DNA of 64,000 nucleotides from Bacilli bacterium (GTDB lineage Bacteria; Bacillota_I; Bacilli_A; RFN20; CAG-826): NCBI GenBank assembly GCA_024399115.1, contig JAKSHZ010000002.1, positions 19,790 to 83,789 of the forward strand, read 5' to 3'. Shown piece by piece: positions 62,839 to 64,000 of this stretch (position 1 is its first letter; each line of letters starts with the position of its first letter). The notes under the pieces were generated by a model. It saw only the letters and a program-made list of their open reading frames with translations, ran no database searches and was not told where the DNA came from. The position numbers and the translations under genes were made by a program.

Positions 62839-62867
62839 ATTATAGCATATATGCATTTACAATTCAA
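62839..62867 (-). promoter_or_regulatory. Sigma-A promoter with palindrome in spacer, upstream of the DUF1016-XRE operon
   Basis: Minus strand: TTGAAT, 17 nt, TATAAT. The spacer contains the 10-bp palindrome GCATATATGC. RBS AAGGAGG precedes the ATG. Confidence 0.45.
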
Positions 62868-63053
62868 CAAGGATACAATATTTAAACTATAAAGTTTAGT
62901 TAGTTTCAAAGGAAAAAAACATCTATGACAGAATCACAAAATCCACAAAAAAGGCATAACCTCTAGACTTGTTGTTTAGAAGTTATACCTTGATTCTTAA
63001 GCGAATTTATAATCGCTATCGTTACTGCGTTAAAGTCCTTTGAATATATATGA

Positions 63054-64000
63054 TTAATCTAATAATCCGTTTTCTAAAATAAGATCTGCGTATGCTTCAC
63101 CTAAGATGAATGCATCTTTTGTGTTGTAGTGATATTGGTTGTAACCACCTTTAGCAGCATCGCCGATTTCTAACTTAAGACCATGATCAGTAAATGTGCC
63201 ATCAACAATGAAGTTTGGTTCGTAATTATCATCGTCTTTGTCTAATTTACCTTTAGCAGCAATAGCGTTCTTTTTAGCGTTAATACCGTTATTAACGCTT
63301 TCTTGAGACCCATACTTATTTTTAGAACCATCATAGATTGTGCAATCTAAGAATGCGATATTCTTACCTTCACCATCTGTAGCATATTCAGCGTAATCAG
63401 TACGGAAACGAGAAATTAAACCTTCCATTTCTGTTTGATAATTATTATTACCTGTATCACTTTCACCTTGGTGCCAAATGAATCCTTTAATAACAGGGAC
63501 TTTGCCTTGATCTTCAATAACTTTTAAACAGTTATCTGTATATCTCTTTAATAAATAATATAAAGATGATGTAGCGTTTTGTTCATCTGTCTTAGCTTCA
63601 TCTGGATAGTTTCTCCAGTTAACAGTACCTTGGCTAAAGCCAGAGCCTGAGAAAGCAGCTTTAATTAAGTGGATTGGTTCATCGCCATCATAATTTTTAG
63701 ATAACTTATAAGCCATACCTAATTCAGGGCCGAAGAAGTCATCGTTACCCCCATCGCTGACACCCATACCAACAGTAGTAGGTTTGAAGTTAGGAGTTAA
63801 TCTTGCTTCTGGAGTGCTTGTGTCCATTGAAGATGTGTGAGCTTGAGTCCATCCATTTGGATGATAGAAACCATAGTAGCTAGTTAAAACGTTTTCAATA
63901 CCATCGTTTCTTTCACCTTTTTGAGCGATTGTATTATTAGTTTCATCAGGATCAACTACTGAATAGTCTTCACCTAATTCAGTCATTGCTTCTTTAAGAA
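63054..64000 (-). CDS. SASA-type carbohydrate esterase (sialate/xylan O-acetylesterase-like), 5' end outside window
   Basis: KGFIWHQGESD motif. The ORF stays open to the window edge. Confidence 0.55.
   Translation of the reverse strand, partial: LKEAMTELGEDYSVVDPDETNNTIAQKGERNDGIENVLTSYYGFYHPNGWTQAHTSSMDTSTPEARLTPNFKPTTVGMGVSDGGNDDFFGPELGMAYKLSKNYDGDEPIHLIKAAFSGSGFSQGTVNWRNYPDEAKTDEQNATSSLYYLLKRYTDNCLKVIEDQGKVPVIKGFIWHQGESDTGNNNYQTEMEGLISRFRTDYAEYATDGEGKNIAFLDCTIYDGSKNKYGSQESVNNGINAKKNAIAAKGKLDKDDDNYEPNFIVDGTFTDHGLKLEIGDAAKGGYNQYHYNTKDAFILGEAYADLILENGLLD

Overview
Low-GC (about one third GC) chromosomal segment from a Gram-positive-type bacterium that reads TGA as stop. The ribosomal proteins carry Mollicutes/Erysipelotrichia-like extensions and L30 is absent. 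Coordinates 5.9-20.8 kb hold the full S10-spc-alpha ribosomal protein super-operon on the minus strand (rpsJ to rplQ, including secY, adk, map, infA, rpmJ and rpoA). A near-consensus sigma-A promoter and a structured leader lie upstream of rpsJ. Flanking core genes are pckA, a queuosine salvage cluster (queT-tgt-queA-queH), pepT, an Fe-alcohol dehydrogenase, a TetR regulator, a cation P-type ATPase and a PHP phosphatase/metallophosphoesterase group. At the 3' end is a xylan/xyloside utilisation locus: permuted GH3, xylA, AraC regulator, GH43, SGNH lipoprotein esterase and a SASA-type esterase. The accessory region at 34.9-51.8 kb is the main point of interest. It opens with a compact HipA-family kinase toxin module with an extended HTH partner, expressed as a leaderless transcript from a near-perfect promoter. 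It continues with a uxuA (mannonate dehydratase) pseudogene truncated by a lipoprotein gene. The bulk of the region is a cluster of six paralogous surface lipoproteins. Four of these carry a PTP-fold phosphatase signature (HCxxGxDRTG, Y_phosphatase3-like) and two lack it. All six share His/Cys knuckle repeat modules and a common C-terminal beta-rich domain. Some genes are separated by Gly/Ser/Thr linker repeats that are near-identical at the DNA level. A DUF4143 AAA ATPase gene with tandem TTTCGGA repeats in its promoter sits inside the cluster. Two of the lipoprotein genes share a conserved 75-nt 5' leader in which an SD-like GGAAAGGG is separated from the AUG by a hairpin whose sequence differs but whose structure is conserved. 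An XRE HTH plus DUF1016 PD-(D/E)xK nuclease pair lies near the 3' end. No rRNA, tRNA or CRISPR array was found.
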